Origin: Somniosus microcephalus
Taxonomy: Eukaryota
Direction of reading: 5' to 3'
DNA length: 64,000 nucleotides
Assembly (NCBI GenBank): GCA_052327205.1
Contig: CM126223.1
Location: 57,908,001-57,972,000, forward strand
In this document: positions 63,341-64,000 of the stretch, piece by piece
Layout of the letters: each line of letters begins with the position of its first letter
Position numbering within the stretch: the first letter of the stretch is position 1
Translations under genes and position numbers: made by a program
Notes under the pieces: generated by a model
Told to the model about the DNA's origin: nothing
Database searches by the model: none
Seen by the model: only the letters and a program-made list of their open reading frames with translations

Positions 63341-64000
63341 ATAAATGGAAATGGCATGCACCTGCTGAATGTAATCTGAGCATGAAATTTACTACACATT
63401 ACTACAATTTAAGTATCGACAAATGCTGAGATGGATATGAACATGTAGTTAGAGTGGTGTGGATTGGTACTTCTGTACTCTCTAGCTTCTTTCTCTAAAT
63501 GGATAATGATGAAATGTTAGTTACTGCTGTTCTGTCAACTTGTGTTGGACATGGTCACATGCTGTATGCTGGGGCAGCTCGATAGCTACAGCTGAATTGG
63601 AATTTCCACTATCATTGATATTCACAAATGCACTTATCCACAGTTGCGTTTCATTTGCTAAATTGAGAGAGACAGAAAATGACATGGTGGGAGAAGAGCC
63701 GCCTTCATGCAGCAGTGTGCTGAGGACTGCTCTGCATGGAGATGTCTGTACTGACAGAAGAAAACATGAGAGGAAAAGGCCATTCAAACCATCAAGCCTA
63801 CTTCTTCCACAGATCAATGGATTCTGCCCACGTGAGGGAAAGTTCTGCAAAATCTTCTCCCTGACACCCAAGGGTCAGTTGTGAGAAACCTCCATCATTG
63901 AGACCTGACCAGTTACTTTCCACAGGTGGCATTTCCAATAGTCCCAATATCATAGGAATAATACTGTTTCCTAGAGTATTTATCTCTGCTTATCATTATT

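Overview
Vertebrate genomic DNA, most likely a cartilaginous fish, judging by SacSINE1/DeuSINE-like SINEs, CR1 and L2 LINEs and Penelope fragments. The only host gene is the 3' part of Nemo-like kinase (NLK) on the + strand. Eight coding exons with canonical AG/GT boundaries (107, 86, 210, 102, 87, 199, 94 and 55 bp) splice in frame from [12 protein letters not shown] through [11 protein letters not shown] and TQE to ...PPSPLVWE*. A repeat-free 3' UTR of about 2.3 kb follows. The upstream exons lie outside the window, and exon numbering below follows human NLK as recalled. Most other six-frame ORFs are noise or degraded LINE reverse-transcriptase fragments. The introns hold many DNA-transposon derivatives. 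The most unusual structure is a 2.7 kb composite element in intron 7 (30589-33311), inserted into the FADD region of a CR1 LINE. It has GG(C/G)(C/G)CAG termini, ATT flanks and a remnant Myb/SANT-like ORF, consistent with a PIF/Harbinger-type origin. Two inverted copies of a CpG-rich tRNA-headed SINE, each with its own 10-bp TSD, bracket the Myb remnant, and the element ends in a 1.24 kb near-perfect palindrome. Also notable are a MITE-derived 14-nt candidate poison microexon in intron 6, a Penelope fragment with a hammerhead-ribozyme core, and inverted MITE pairs flanking NLK exons. All calls were made by eye. Repeat family names are from recall and need database confirmation.
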